Origin: Convolutriloba macropyga | Taxonomy: Eukaryota | DNA length: 64,000 nucleotides | Assembly (NCBI RefSeq): GCF_964194025.1 | Contig: NC_134472.1 | Location: 67,208,001 to 67,272,000 of the forward strand | Reading direction: 5' to 3' | In this document: positions 39,620-53,539 of the stretch, one piece after another | Layout: each line of letters begins with the position of its first letter | Numbering within the stretch: position 1 is the stretch's first letter | Notes under the pieces: model-generated | The model's input: the letters and a program-made list of their open reading frames with translations, nothing else | The model's database searches: none | Told to the model about the DNA's origin: nothing | Translations under genes and position numbers: made by a program

Positions 39620-40130
39620 CTGGAGTCATATGCACAAATTTCAGCAAAAAAATTGGAACAATATTCAATACAATTGACGTAACTTGCAAGCTAAGGGTAT
39701 TAACAATATAGGAATATTAAAAACCTCTCAGTCGCACTAATCAATTCACTTGACATATTTTTAACACCATTGCCAATAAAGCTCAATAGCCCGCTATGGC
39801 AAATCCACGAATGCCACGACAAGCAAGACAAATTAAAAAAAATCGACCGATAAGCCTCTCAATTGTCATATCCACAGAAAACTAATCTTTCAACGAAAAG
39901 CAAATCATTTAATTTACGTTGAAATGAAAAACGATAACTTCTTATTCTTGCCACAATATACACTGACTTCAAAAAGGCATTTGATAAAGTACCAGACAAT
40001 CAATTTTAGTTGTTTGGAGTACAAGTTGTTTGTTATCATCTTAAAAAGACCTTCCACCGTACTGTCAAGAATGAGCGTTGGGTACGCCGACAACTAGATA
40101 ATTCTCTCAAATTATCTTTCAAATCTCTCT
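39620..40130 (+). mobile_element. Old non-LTR (CR1/L2-like LINE) RT remnant
   Basis: Frameshifted fragments AKGINNIG...HIFNT, RPISLSIVIS and IYTDFKKAFDKVP. Confidence 0.75.
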
Positions 40131-40306
40131 TACTCGGCTAATTTAGTACCCCATTACCCGGCTAATTTAGTAATTCAAAATTGACTATGTGCCCCCACTT
40201 TTCACAAAGGGGTAGTGTGGAAACCTGAGACGATCTTTCGTCGCTCGTTTGCACGCCACAAATCACAAGATTCCACACTAACAGTAACATATTTTCACGT
40301 CACCCA

Positions 40307-40674
40307 TATCGGTTAATGGGAACACACAGACAAATCTTGTAATCAAATAATTCAATTAGAATTGACGTGTGACAACAGTGGTTATAGGCACAAATATTGA
40401 TCGAATTATATACCCAGTTATTACCGCCTTTTTACATTACATACAACCATCTTTGATTTACAACTTCTATGACTTTCGGTGACATGTGATGTTTACTAGC
40501 ATTTCATCATAGCAATCAATCAGACGTCAAAATCAAGTGTTATCAATTCACATGCAGAAACAGAAAAGTTATAAACTGCACGTGAAATAAGCTTTGTTTT
40601 CTTGACAACAAAGATGTAAATCAGCAAGTGAGTATACTTTTCATAGTCAAACAGTTAATATTATACTCTCAATA
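40307..40674 (-). repeat. Copia 3' LTR (~368 bp)
   Basis: Direct repeat of 45362-45741; preceded on the minus strand by the purine tract GATAGGAGGGC. Confidence 0.9.
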
Positions 40675-40688
40675 GCCCTCCTATCATA

Positions 40689-43600
40689 TTAAGTGTTTGA
40701 ACCTAAGTGCACATCACGAAAAAGTGAAATATCTTTTCTCCCGAAAGCTTTTCGTAAGGTGTCTGTCGGCATGCGATCGGTAGGCAAGTAGTTAAGCTCT
40801 AATAGTCTAGTCTCGACTAAGTTCCGAATGAAGTGCACTTTCAACGCAAACTGCTTAGTCTTGCCATCGTTCATGGAATTCTTACTAAGAGAAATGCATG
40901 CTTGATTATCTACAAACACTTGTAAAGGTTGCTCAACATCTATGTTCATTTCCTTCAAAAAGTTTGCTAAGTGTACCGCCTCTTTACTTGCCTCTACTAC
41001 TGCATTCAGTTCAGCTTCAGCTGTGCAGGTTGATACGCACTTTTGTAATTCACTAGCCCAGCTAAATTCTCCTGAACTATTGTCAAGCTTGAAACTAACC
41101 ACTCGTACTTTTTCTGCTATCTAAAATACCAGCCCAATCACAATCCGAAAAACCTTTTAGATCTAATTTATCACACTTCCTATAAATAAGTATTTCAGAC
41201 ATAGTACCCTTCTAGAAGCGTAGACAAGCTTTCGCGGAGTTCCAATGCTTATTGCCCAGATTTTCTACAAACGAACTCAAAATATTAGATGTATGTGCAA
41301 TATCTGGTCTGGTAGTCAACGCCAAATAATTTAAACATCCTTCTATTTCCCTATAATCACCAGACTGCATTTGTTGATATTCTTTGCTTCCTATTTCCGG
41401 TGAATCAAGTTTCGAAAGCTTTGAACTAACATCTAAAGGTGTTTTCATTGTCCTATAGTTACTCATTTAATACTTCTCTATTAATTCTTCTATATAAGCT
41501 TCTTGACTCAAACCCTAGAAAATTTCTTATTGTTATGTACCACTTCCTACTAGATTGTTTTAACTCATATAAACTTTTATTAAGCTTAGACTAATGGATT
41601 TTCTTGATCATTGTATTTTTCAAAACCCTCAGGTTGCTGCATAAAGATCTCTTCATCGACATCAGCATTTAAAAATGCAGTTTTAATGGCCATTTGTTTG
41701 AGCTCAGAACCGTCACGGATTGCATAGCTTAAAGGTATCCTCCTGATAGTTTAGAGGCGCATTGTCGGTGAATAGGTCTCGTTGTAATCTCTGCCTGGCA
41801 TTTGGCTAAAACCCTTAGTTACCAATATTGCTTTATATCTCACTATTTCTCCACTAGGCCCCCGCTTCAGAGCTAAATGCCAACTCCTACCAAAAGCTTT
41901 GATTTCCTGGTTATTTACAAGTTCCCAGACGTTGTTTTCAACTAATGAATTATACTCTGTTTTCATTGCTGCAAAACAATTTTCGTCTTATTGCTGCTTC
42001 TGTTGATTTATGTATCACATTATCATTTACTAATTCATTTAAGAGTGCTACTGGATTCAGATCTGCTTCCTTTTCTAACCGCGTTTGCCCCGCACTAATT
42101 AGTTATTATTGAACAATTTCTGTTCGTTGAAAGTTACGTTTCTAGACATTCTAACTTTAAATGTGTCTTTTTCATCCTTTACTCTTATAAGATATGTTTT
42201 GCTGTTATCTGATGATTACAAGAATATACCTTTTTTGTGAAGTCCGATCTATTTTTCCTCGGAATGATCTCTCAATATGAACGTAAGCAGTACAACCAAA
42301 AACGTTTAGTGACACTAAATTTGGCGTTTGTCCATCCATTGCTTCGAATGGTGTTCTTTTGATCCCCGAATGGTAACAAAAATTTTGATGTCACTTGACA
42401 TGTTTATTGCATAAGGCCAGTATGTCTTATCAAGTCCTGATTGCTCAATTAGGCATCTCACAATTGGTGTTATTGTTCCCCAATAACGTCCAACTTTACC
42501 ATTTTCAGGTGTATGAGGTGCTGAAAGCTCTAGTCTTACGCCATGCTTTATACATAATTGGTTAACCTGGTTCGAATTGAATTTGCCCGCACCATCGCAC
42601 ACCAACGTTACTGGCATTCCTATGTCTGCAAAGAATTGTCGGACTTTTTCTATTGCATCATCCCTTGTCTTCAAGAAGTACACTTTCTGATACCTGCTAA
42701 AGCTGTCTACGACGCCGATTGCATATCCGTGGCCATCTACAGCTCCTGGATCAATAGGCCCTAAAATATCAGTATGGACTATTTCTAGGACATCCTTGGC
42801 TCTTGTCCCAGAATCTTTCGGAAAGCGAAGCTTCCTTGACTTATTCATTTGACATGTCTCACAATTCCCTACGTCAAGTTCACTTATTGTAAGTCATATG
42901 GCATGATCCTTAAATTTCAAAAGATCTTTAATAATATTGTCCTAGACGTTTGTGCCAAGAACATAGCCGGTCTCCACTGTCTAAGTTACGGTTTTCGGAA
43001 ACTGTTGAATTCGTTGTTTTCCAATGGAGAAGACTGTCATGATCCTCAAACGGGAAAATTACTTCGTTTTCAGTTCTTATCTCTAAGTCCTTACCGAACA
43101 AAAGCTCATCATCAGCCGCTCTAGGTGTCGACACTGAGACCAAATTTTTCGAGTTATCAGGTACAAGTAATGCATTTGACAATCTTATTTTCCGCTCACA
43201 CCCTTTTGAGTCCTCTGTTCTTATCTCAATTGTCCCCCGTCATTCATTTGAACTTTTGCTACTACTTGCGTTAGTTATGGTCCCGGTATATTCTTTGTTA
43301 ATCTCAATAAATAGGCTTTCATCCTTAATCATATGACTTGTTGCTCCAGAGTATAACACTAGCTCACAGGAAGGATTATGACTTGTGGTTTGAATGAATG
43401 AGAAGTACACTTCGTTCTCAGATTTTGGTTTTTTCAACTTAACTATGAGAACACGATTGAATGTTTTGACTATACTTTCTGCTCTGGCTTAAAAACTTTT
43501 TCTCTGGTTTCTGCTTCTTACAAAATTTGGAGATATGACCCTGCTCACCACATTTAAAACAAATTATTGGTTGCCCCCTTAATTGTTCTGTTTGATTTCT

Positions 43601-44300
43601 GAAGTCGACAAACCTTAGCCATGTGTCCAACTTTTTGACAATTGAAGCACTTTCGTTCTTTATTGTAGAATATACTCACTTTTTTGAAAATTCTCGTTAT
43701 CAAAGTTGATAGGGTCACTCTTAATTTCTTCTAACCCTTTCTGTTCTTTACTAAATTTTACAAGTATGGTGATGATCTCGTACTCTTTAGGCAATCCTTT
43801 CATAATTGAAATAAACGTTTTCTCGCTCACGCCTTTGGTCACCAATGTCAAGTTTTAATTCATGTCGTCGGCTCTTGCAAAGTAGTCTACTGTGTTTTCA
43901 TTTCAGTTCTTCTTAAGGCTAGTTAATTCTGATATGAACTTATGTAGTTGCGGCCTTTCAAAACCTTTTGCAAAGTATATCCCAAGCTTTAGTACCATCA
44001 CCTTTGTGGTCTCAGAAACAGAACTGATATTTTAACTAATGCTTGAAAAAGTCCATACCATAAAGTCCGTTTCCTCTCTTCCAGTTCTTCCCTTCCTTTA
44101 TTTACAGCTTCTGTTCGTTGTTCCTCTGATGAGCTATTCCTAACAGCAGGGATATAACCGTCAAATGTAGTATCACCAGTTAAGACTTTTCCTAATTTCA
44201 ATGAGTCATACGCACTTCAAACTGTTCCTCAAAATATACGGAGTCATCCTCACGCCCACTAAAAATTATTATTTCTGACCTTGAACTTATCGCTGAACTC
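40689..44300 (-). pseudogene. Copia gag-pol remnants
   Basis: Zn knuckle CFKCGEQGHISKFC; protease site mutated to LYSGATSHM; WHKRLG; integrase LEIVHTDILGP...CDGAGKF; RT RYKAILVTKGFSQMPGRDYNETYSP and TRPDIA; RNase H TCTAEAELNA...VDNQACI. Confidence 0.95.
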
Positions 44301-44719
44301 AATTTTCTTTTACCTTTCTGGTTGTTTTAAAATCATTAAAGTTTTACCTAGTTCTAGCTCAAACATTAGTAGTTTAGCCTATGTACCCTGTGTTAATGTG
44401 GTTTACTCGAACACTAGTACTGTTCTACGTAAGAATTTGCTCTTTTGATACAGGTTGAGTTAAAACTATTCTATTAGAGCAAAACTCCTAGCCGCTTTTA
44501 TCGTTTAGATAAATGTGTTGCCTGTTGGTTCCCTCGTTATTAAGCGACGAATCTCTGTGTCGTTGTGTTAGCCAAAAAATGTTTATAGCAGATTGAGAAT
44601 ACAACAAGATAGCACTATGAGCACAATGAGGATAGCACAATGGAAATGAGGGTAAAAAACAGTTTAAACTAGCTGTTGTCAGCAATACTAAGTAAGCCGG
44701 ACAAGTCCTCGTAGAAAGT

Positions 44720-45160
44720 TCTGCGACACAAACATCTCCCACTCCAACACGAAACACCCCCCACAAGCTTCCACAAACAAAGCCAGCCACACAACCTCCG
44801 TTTCCACAAACAGTCACCCAATCAACTGCACAAGCTTCGCCACACAAACAGTCCACCAATCGGCTACAGAAGCTCCCTCTCCACCAACACTCCTCTAATC
44901 AGCCACACAACCTCCTCCACAAAAACAGTCCACAATCAGCTACAGATGCACCCTCTTAACAAAAAGAGTCCTCTAATCATCTACACAATCTCCTCCACGC
45001 AAACAGAGTCCACAATCAGCAACAGATACTCCCTCTCCACAAACAGAGTCCTCTACACAAACTCCACAACACAAACAGAATCTCCAGTCAGCTACAAAAG
45101 CTCATTCTCCACAAACAGGAGTCCTCCAATTAGCTACAGAAACTCGTTCTCCAACGTAGA
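44720..45160. repeat. Degenerate minisatellite in the copia leader
   Basis: Repeated ctccacaaacagagtc / aatcagctacag units. Confidence 0.8.
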
Positions 45161-45347
45161 GAACACTAGAGCTTCAGTCCCACCTGTTTTCCTTCTGACT
45201 CTTGACCACTGTTTGACTACAAGTCTTGTCTCTCCTTGTCCTATCGTTCGTTTAGCAATTGACGTCAGCAATCCTCTAATGCAGCGCAGAGGCAAAACAG
45301 CATAGTGTCGTTTTTAGGGTGGGCTGATTACTTATCTCAGAAAAGCT

Positions 45348-45361
45348 CTGGGCCCATAACC
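45348..45361 (-). promoter_or_regulatory. Primer-binding site GGTTATGGGCCCAG (half-tRNAiMet type)
   Basis: Same PBS as Drosophila copia, which is primed by the 5' half of initiator tRNA-Met. Confidence 0.9.
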
Positions 45362-45741
45362 TATCTGTTAACGGGAACGAGGAGACATCTTGTAATCAAA
45401 TAATTCAATTAGAATTGACGTGTGACAACAGTGGTCATAGGCACAAATATTGATTGAATTATATACCCAGTTATTACCGCCTTTTTACATTACATACAAC
45501 CATCTTTGATTTACAACTTCTATGACTTTCGGTGACATGTGATGTTTACTAGCATTTCATCATAGCAATCAATCAAACGTCAAAATCAAGTGTTATCAAT
45601 TCACATGCAGAAACGGAATAGTTGTTGAAAATATCAGTATACACTGCATGTAAAATAAGCTTTGTTTTCTTGACAACAAAGATGTAAATCAGCAATTGAG
45701 TATACTTTTCATATTCAACAGTTAATATTATACATTTAATA
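45362..45741 (-). repeat. Copia 5' LTR (~380 bp)
   Basis: Direct repeat of 40307-40674; abuts the PBS. Confidence 0.9.
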
Positions 45742-45744
45742 AAC

Positions 45745-46700
45745 CACTCCCACAATTACATTATCTAATTACTGAAATGAAAGAAAGCCTAATTGATTAT
45801 TAAATTCAGAAGTTTGCCTCTCGATACAATTAGGTAACTAAGAAGACAATGCGCGGCTTTACAAATGCACTGTTCACAAGAACAATTGATTCTTTGCATT
45901 TGGTCTCATTTAATTACTAATAAAACTCGGGATTAAAGTTTAGGTTTGTTATATTCTCAAAAAGTCCTTTCCACAATAAAAGTAATTTAATTCCACGCTT
46001 TGTGTAGCTAAATTGTATAGTTGAAAACACATGAATTAAGCAAAGTGGGGACACGTTTTGGTCACTCTGCAAAAGTTTACTGAAATTTGCCATTCCGGAC
46101 ATTGGCCAAGTAATGCAAGAAAAACTAGATGAACGGTTAAAAAAAACAAAATGAATAGTTGTTGATTCTAATGCAGCGCAGAGGCAAAACAGCATAGTGT
46201 CGTTTTTAGGGTGGGCTGATTACTTATCTCAGAAAAGCTCTGGGCCCATAACCTATCTGGGCCCATTACTCAAACAAAAGGCAAAAAAATGGAAGAATAA
46301 GCCAAAAATCTTCGAAAAAACTACGCAAAAAAATCTTAAAATTAGACTGCGCTGGTCACCCAACATTAGACGGAGTACTAAAAACAAATCATCCAAATCA
46401 TCGTCCGAGGACCAAATCATCGTCCTCCAAAACAATCCTTGTTATGGACCAAAAATTTGTAACAGGAACAAAATTATCTTGCAACTCATCGAAAACGTTC
46501 AACGTAAAATTTTAATGGATTTTACTGACAAGCCAACTCTATTACAAGGAGAAATTTCTCCAATTAAAGTTGCTTGCTACCTTTATCACTCTACAACGAG
46601 TTACACGATGTGCTTCTCTAACATAAAACCAAAAACTGACATTACGACTTTAATCTGAGAATCAACGGAACACGATGTGTCACCAAGAGTTCTTACAAAC
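45745..46700 (+). mobile_element. Continuation of the LINE remnant beyond the copia insertion
   Basis: Degenerate KFA..DT near 45810; WSP...LIENVQRK (LINE RT C-terminal motif) in ORF 46197..46658. Confidence 0.55.
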
Positions 46701-48019
46701 TCCAAGTTGAAATGAAATGAATAAAATCTACATCAACGAAAACATCGTCCCAAGAAATCGAAGAGGAAATATGTCTTGGATGAAATATTTACAAAAACAA
46801 TTGTTGTTCATGACGCATCAACTGCTAAATTGCCAACATCAAAAACTTGAAATCAGCTAGATAAAAACAAAACTGGTCAAATTAGTTGATTGGACTCATT
46901 ACTTAATTCTGCTTCAATTTTAATAATATCTAATCTTGGACTCCTTTTATGTTTCACATTTGACCCATTTCAAGAAGGATGAGCCTACTTTGAAAAAAAA
47001 ATGAATTCTTCAGGAGCTAAGGAGAAAAGGAGTTAAGGAGTATAAAACTTTTGTCAGATGCCAAAATATTATTCTAAGGGAGATTTGAAAGAGGATGCTT
47101 AAAAGACTCAGGCCGACTGCTGTCCAGATAGCAGTAATCCGGTTGAGCGTATTTTTAACTTCCTTCCTCAGTCTGCTAGTAACATCAAATTTAACAAAAA
47201 TCATTTGCAATTTGTTACCATATAAAAACAACCCCAAAGACAACTGGAATTTTCCTGAACTGAACCAACTGAAATTTCATCACTGGTGCAAAAATATAGG
47301 CAATTGATTATCAGTAGATATCAATTTCTTGTAACCTTATGTTACTTACTCGTCGTAGTTTGGTCGAAATGGTAATTATTTTTCTTCCTGTACAAAAATT
47401 TAGGACTAAAGACCTGCGAATTGCTCTCAAACAACTGGAGAGCAGTCGTCTTTTACCGTAGTTCTCTGCAGCTTACAGAGGCTTGCTTAATCCTAATTGA
47501 AAAATTTCGTGTCAAGGACTCACTTTAATTCAGCGTAAAATTTTGTTCTTGGAAAATTTATGAGGTACAATTATCATTTTCGATAACTGGATGGATAGTT
47601 AGTAAATTGAACGTAACACCATAAGTTCTTATATCTAACCAGGAGTTGTCTTTCCCATGTCCTTATTTTCAACAATTTAATCAGGCCACTATTTTAGCAT
47701 AAATAGAGATCTATAACAAATCCAATCGGTAAATTCGTTGGCGTATAAAGTTCTAACCTTTTCACCTTGCTCCCCGCTCTGCTCTTCCTTTTGCTCAAAA
47801 AGTTTTTAGAATCATTTTTATTATTTGTCCTTCAAAAAAAATCCTATCCTATATTTATGGAATTTTTTTAATTCACTTCCAACTTTCCAGGGAAAATTTT
47901 CCATTCAATTAGAACATAAACCACCTAGTCTCAGACTTAATATTGCTTACTGTGTGATCGATTTTACAGAACTTTTATAAAATTTGAAAATTATCTAACA
48001 TGCTGCCAAGCTCGAAAAA

Positions 48020-48280
48020 TTTTTTGCCAATTTTTTTCGCATCAAACCGTCGGGCCCTTAAACATTCGGAATAAAAAACGCAAAGATTGAAATCAAACGA
48101 CTTCAGCAAAATCGTTGAAAAAAACGGTTTTCATAGCATTATTACTCCTTCAGCAAATTTGAGAACTAATAGCATGTTCTAAAGGAGTAAGCAAGAAAGA
48201 AACCATCGAACACAATAATTACTCATACAAACTTGTCAAATTTGCATCGTATTAGTTTTCTCATATATACAAAACAAAGA
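48020..48280. repeat. Dispersed repeat, also at ~51225-51485
   Basis: Shared ttttcatagcat, acaaac.tgtca.atttgc and tagttttctcatatatacaaaa. Confidence 0.75.
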
Positions 48281-51200
48281 TGGCAGACGGTCAGAAAATA
48301 GCCGCATGATGATTGCAGATCTGCGGTCTCAAAAAATAGTGTGAAGAAGTCAATTTGGAGAGTGAAATAAGACACTTGCGACCAAATATTTAATCACTCA
48401 AATAAACAAAGAGCTTGCTCCCATTTAAGAGTAAGAAAATACGCCACGCACGCAGTTCTGTACAAATTGCATGAAAGAATGAAAAAAACGGGACGAGTCC
48501 AGACACAATTCAAAGAATTATCAGTGAATAAAGAAAAAAGCTGACCTAGAATGGACTATCAATGGTTTGGAAAAACTATTTAGAAAAAACCATTTAGAAA
48601 AACGCCGCAAAACTACTCCCTGTTTCGATCGATTTCATGTTTCAGCGTGACCAAATCATCCACCAATTTGACTTCAGAAAACAAGAAAATGTGCACAGAT
48701 CATAAAAAACATAATTTGAAGACTCCTGAATCAACCAGAAGAAAAAACTTACACTATCCAACAACTAACTGCTTAAACTATTAAGTTCGTTATAATATTT
48801 AATTCGAAACAACAGCCGGAGTAAATAAATTATAATGGAAAAAACAAATTAAGAAAAAATCTTTTTGAATTTTTTCGAAAAATTTTTAATTTAGCAACTC
48901 ATTTTATATGACAGATTTTTAGGTATATTTTAATTAGGCTCATTAATTGACTATAAAAGGTGCGACAAACATGACCAACGATAACGAAAAAGGAGGAAAA
49001 AACAAAATTTAAACAGGTCAAACTTTTTAATAAAGTTCTTTGCAAACTGCTAAGTCTCAAAAACTATTCTCAACACACCTTGAGAAACAGTTACTGCTAA
49101 TTTATTGAGCACCTACGCGCTGCTCAAACGCACTGTAAAAAACATGAACAGAGCAAGAATTGAAATTAGAAAACTGCACATCTGAATATTGTATTTTATG
49201 AAAATATGTGCTATCAAACCTTTATTTGTTTTTCACTTAGTAACCATAACCCTGTCAACAACTCTAACAAAAGGCAAAAAAAATGGAAGAATAAGCCAAA
49301 AATCTTCGAAAAAAATACGCAAAAAAATCTTAAAACTAGACAAAGTTTCTTAAGACAATCTTAAACTGATATTGTCGAAATCTAAAGGTCACAAAAACCA
49401 ACATTGAAGCAAACTGCAACCAAAAACCCCCAGACATGGAAAACATGAAAGACAACAAAAACCGCAAAAAAAGTGTCTGAAACGGCCAAATCCCAAAAAT
49501 AGCTCAAGATTGCATATTAAACACTCATTTATAAATTAGATGGTCAAAAAGGCTCCCAAGCGTACAATAACTTGCTAATATGGTTTAGAAAAACCACTCA
49601 ACCCAAAAACTTAAAAAAGCAACACGTGATGAAAATTTTTCGGTTGCTTTAGCGAAAATTTTTTTACAATACTTTTGCCGCTCTCTCAAAAACGCGATAT
49701 GAACGAAAATCACTCTTTTCAATTCGTTCAGCCATTTGACCTAATCACTTAGTTTTCACGTTCGGCCTTGAATTTTACATCTTGCTTTAAATACACCAAC
49801 AAATTATCGATCAAAAATGACGCTTCACCGGTACTCCTCGAGTCGTAAAAAGACAGCGCCCCAACACATTAAAATTCTTTGAATTGTAAAAGGCAGATTT
49901 GAAGTACTATCGGTTTAAAGTAAAAAAAATGTAAACAAATTATTGCTAGTAGTAACTGTTACACTGCAATAACTCTGCTTTGCACAAACATTCTACTTTG
50001 CCAGGGAGTTCAAAATGACATCTGTCGTTTCTATCTTCTAAGAGCAGATCGATGTGTTTAAATTCTACCAAAAAAATCAGTCCTACTATAGGTTAAAAAG
50101 TAAAAATTGCTTAACAATTTATTGCTGGGAGTAATAATTAGTACACAATATGTCAGCATTCTGCTTCACGTCACATGGGTAAATAGCAGCCTTTGTTAAC
50201 TCAATGAAGAGACAATCACCATTTTGAATATCACTATAAATCGGATGAGATCTCTTCCAGATCCCGTGTAAAAGCTCCAAATTAAATCGATTTCTATCGT
50301 CCTGTCTATCCACAAAAATGAAGCCAGAGCTACCCGTACCCCCATTTTTGAGAACGAAAGAGGTCCAAAACGAGAAGCTTTGCAATTCGGTATGATTTTT
50401 ATTACCACATAGTAAGTGAAGAGATGAGAACACAGATAGCTGTCCACACTCTAACTGACTTTGATTACACGTCACTTCACTTTCATTGTGTTCTGCCTTT
50501 AGCCATCCTTTTGCTTCACTGATCGTCTTTGCCTCAAATTTGTGACCATCCTGAACGTTAATTCAATAACTTTGTAAAGAAAAGAAAGCTTACTTTTTGG
50601 TTCCCAGCATTTCCCTTCAACTTGTCCAACTATTTTGATTTTATCTCTTAAATCAGAAGTCAGATCTTTTATAGATGTATTCACAATTGTAATTAATAAT
50701 TGCAGATTTTACATCACCCAAAACTAATCATGATTGTATCGTTTTAAATAGCATCAATCAAGACAGCATGCAATGAAGCTTTGGAACTAGCCTTCCCATT
50801 CTTTTTCATCTCATATTTTGCACCCAGAACATTTTTAATTCGATGTTCCAGCAATGGGAGATAAACAGACAGCTAAAAACTTCAAAGCAAAAATACAAAC
50901 AAACGATGATCCCAATACCAAATTGAAAAACGTTCGAACCAATACTCTTGATGATGATGATGAAGCTTTGTTTGACCAGTTCTTCAACCAAAACTAGTGT
51001 TGATGCAGTTCAGTATGACTGAAAAAAAACTCTGCTCTGCGAATTTCGATGTATTTTTCCAACTCCAGCTCACATGAATTGCGAGGACATAAACCAAACA
51101 ATTAGCACACATACAATCCACTTTCAGTTTTAAATTTGCTAACTATTTAAACAATTTATCTAAACTTCTATAAAGAATGAAACATTACCTAGCATAATAG

Positions 51201-51691
51201 CGAAAAATAATAGCTAAAATTATTTTTCGCTAATTTTTTTTTCGCCCGAAACCTTGGGGCCTTTGAACAGTCTGCATAATAAAAGAGTAAAGATTAAAAT
51301 CAACTACTTAACAAATTTAGCTAAGTCGTCAAAAAACGATTTTCATAGCATCACACTTCTACAAATTTAAGAAATAATACCATGTAATAGATGAGTTAGA
51401 AAGAATGAAATCATCGAGCACAATAAATTCTCTTACAAACCTGTCACATTTGCGTTGTAATAGTTTTCTCATATATACAAAAAAAAGAATCTTCGTAAAA
51501 AACGCAAAATAAGGAAACCTCTAATTATGATCATTTGCTGAATGAACATATAAAACTACTCAAATTAAATTCGGAAACCGTATTTCAACAACATCTCAAG
51601 AACAATTCAGAAATAACTTGAATGATTTTGATGAATGCCATGCAATAGAATGGCAAATTTAAAAGAGATCTTGTAATCGTTTCCACTAATT

Positions 51692-51783
51692 GCGGTAATT
51701 GTTTCATTCCGGTAATTGTTTCAATTAATTGAAACAAATTATTCCCGTAATTGTTTCATTCATTCCGGTAATTGTTTCAATTC
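51692..51783. repeat. gtaattgtttca minisatellite with one inverted unit
   Basis: Four direct units plus tgaaacaaatta. Confidence 0.8.
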
Positions 51784-53539
51784 ATTCGCAGAAATGCTGG
51801 CATAAGAGAAAGATGGCTGACATTGTAAAAGCCGAACGAAGGAGTCCCCTTCAAAAAAGAACTTCCTCTCCATATTTTCTAAACAGAAATCTTGTCATCG
51901 AAGCATCGGTTAGACAGAGATTTGGAAATCCAGCATAATTAATTATTCGGAACAGCAGGAACTTTTCGAAAATTGCTTTCGAAAATTGCTTGGTTGCATG
52001 TCAAATTCAGCAAAAACATGCCCAGCTCAGGATATCAAAATTAATATTTTAAATCAGTCGTACAAAAAAGTTCACTATAGCCCATTTTCAAGTATTTAAA
52101 CAACTTAGAACACATTACCAGCGTTTAACGCAAACCAGAGTACCTTTATGTCCAAAATGCAGTACTAGAACACTCAGAACCAAACAATACCAAATTACTT
52201 AGAAAATAGCAACAAAAGAATCTGGGACAAAAATATACATCGTCACATCTGCGAAGCCAGAGAGAACTTAACAAACTTCCATAAGCCGCTATTAATTCCG
52301 CCAGAATTATTAAATTAAAAATTGAACGAAAAGAACATGTACTCTGAAGTTGACAACCAAATAACGAAAACTACCTATATTGAATCACATTTTCAAAGCT
52401 GGATAACTACTTTTAACTATAAAAACTCAGATAGCTCACAATTTACGTTCAATTAAAAATCTAGATAATTGCTTTTCAAGGGATAAAAACTTGATAAATT
52501 ATACAAAATCAATTATTAAACAAACATTCAGTAAGCAGACAACAATAGCAAAAAAATTTCCAATTCTAAAACTGCTACTCTTCGTGAAACATATTTAGAA
52601 AAAACCAAAAAAAATGTAAAACAATACACAATTGATAGGCTTTCTAATGAGACCATTCTCATTCTTTCAACATATTGCTACAATTAAAATACAGATCGGC
52701 AAAACTGACTGCATAAAAAAGCTGAGAATATAGAACATAACCTACTAACGTCGGAAGACTTTCTTTCGAACAACCAGTGGAAACCTTAATCAATTGCCGT
52801 CTGCTTGTAGGGGAACAGGAGGTGGGTGGGTTGGGGGGAGGGGAGTGGGCGTAACCTGAGATTGACAAGTTCACTAGGGGGTTCAAATTACGTCATTAGA
52901 GACTACTATATATACCACTTAAGATATAAAGTGGAAAAGATGACACCAATTTCGGCGCTTTTTAATTAGAATTTTCCTATTAACGCCAATCGATTTCAGT
53001 AGCTTGAAACTGAGAATGACAGAAATTTAGATCACGCAAAACGCAAAAATTCAAGAGGGTAGAAGTTACTCGAAAAGTCAAAACAGTCAGGCGAAAACTT
53101 TTCAAGAAAGAGACATACGTGTATAAGAATTGCTTCAAGATTCGTCCGAGATTAATTAAACATCCCATTTAGTAGTATCCAAAAAATATAGGGCTAGCAA
53201 ATTATCACTTTCAGCTCTAGAATAGCACTTTCAAGGTCTAGAAAATACAGAGCTGAAAGTGAACGTAAGGACACCTGTCCAACTGAGTTTCAAGCAAATC
53301 CTTGAGTACAGTTCAGAGAATTCTGAGGCAAAAAGAACTCTATCCAAGGACTAAAACATCGAAAGAAAAAACTGAAACTTGATAGCGATTTCCGGAACAT
53401 TTCCAATTCCGCTCGCTTGAGTATAAAATTTTTTGGGGTCTTTCCCGTTATACATAATCACTGTAATTGATAGCTCTAAAATCCATTTCTTAGAAGAACT
53501 CGCATTGGTTTGTCTCACAGGATAATGAGCAAAAATTGT

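Larger units (their letters stand above)
40307..45741 (-). mobile_element. Decayed full-length Ty1/copia LTR retrotransposon
   Basis: Two LTRs, PBS and PPT; gag-PR-IN-RT-RH order on the minus strand with many stops and frameshifts; flanks accca/aacca form a 4/5-matching 5-bp TSD. Confidence 0.95.

Noticed and set aside
44488-45305. env-like or extra ORF in the copia leader
   Set aside because: The ORFs arise from the low-complexity minisatellite
46197-46658. 153-aa gene
   Set aside because: Chimera of copied copia leader, a local repeat and a LINE fragment, with a non-ATG start
51692-51783. CRISPR-like array
   Set aside because: 12-nt units with no unique spacers, eukaryotic context, no cas genes
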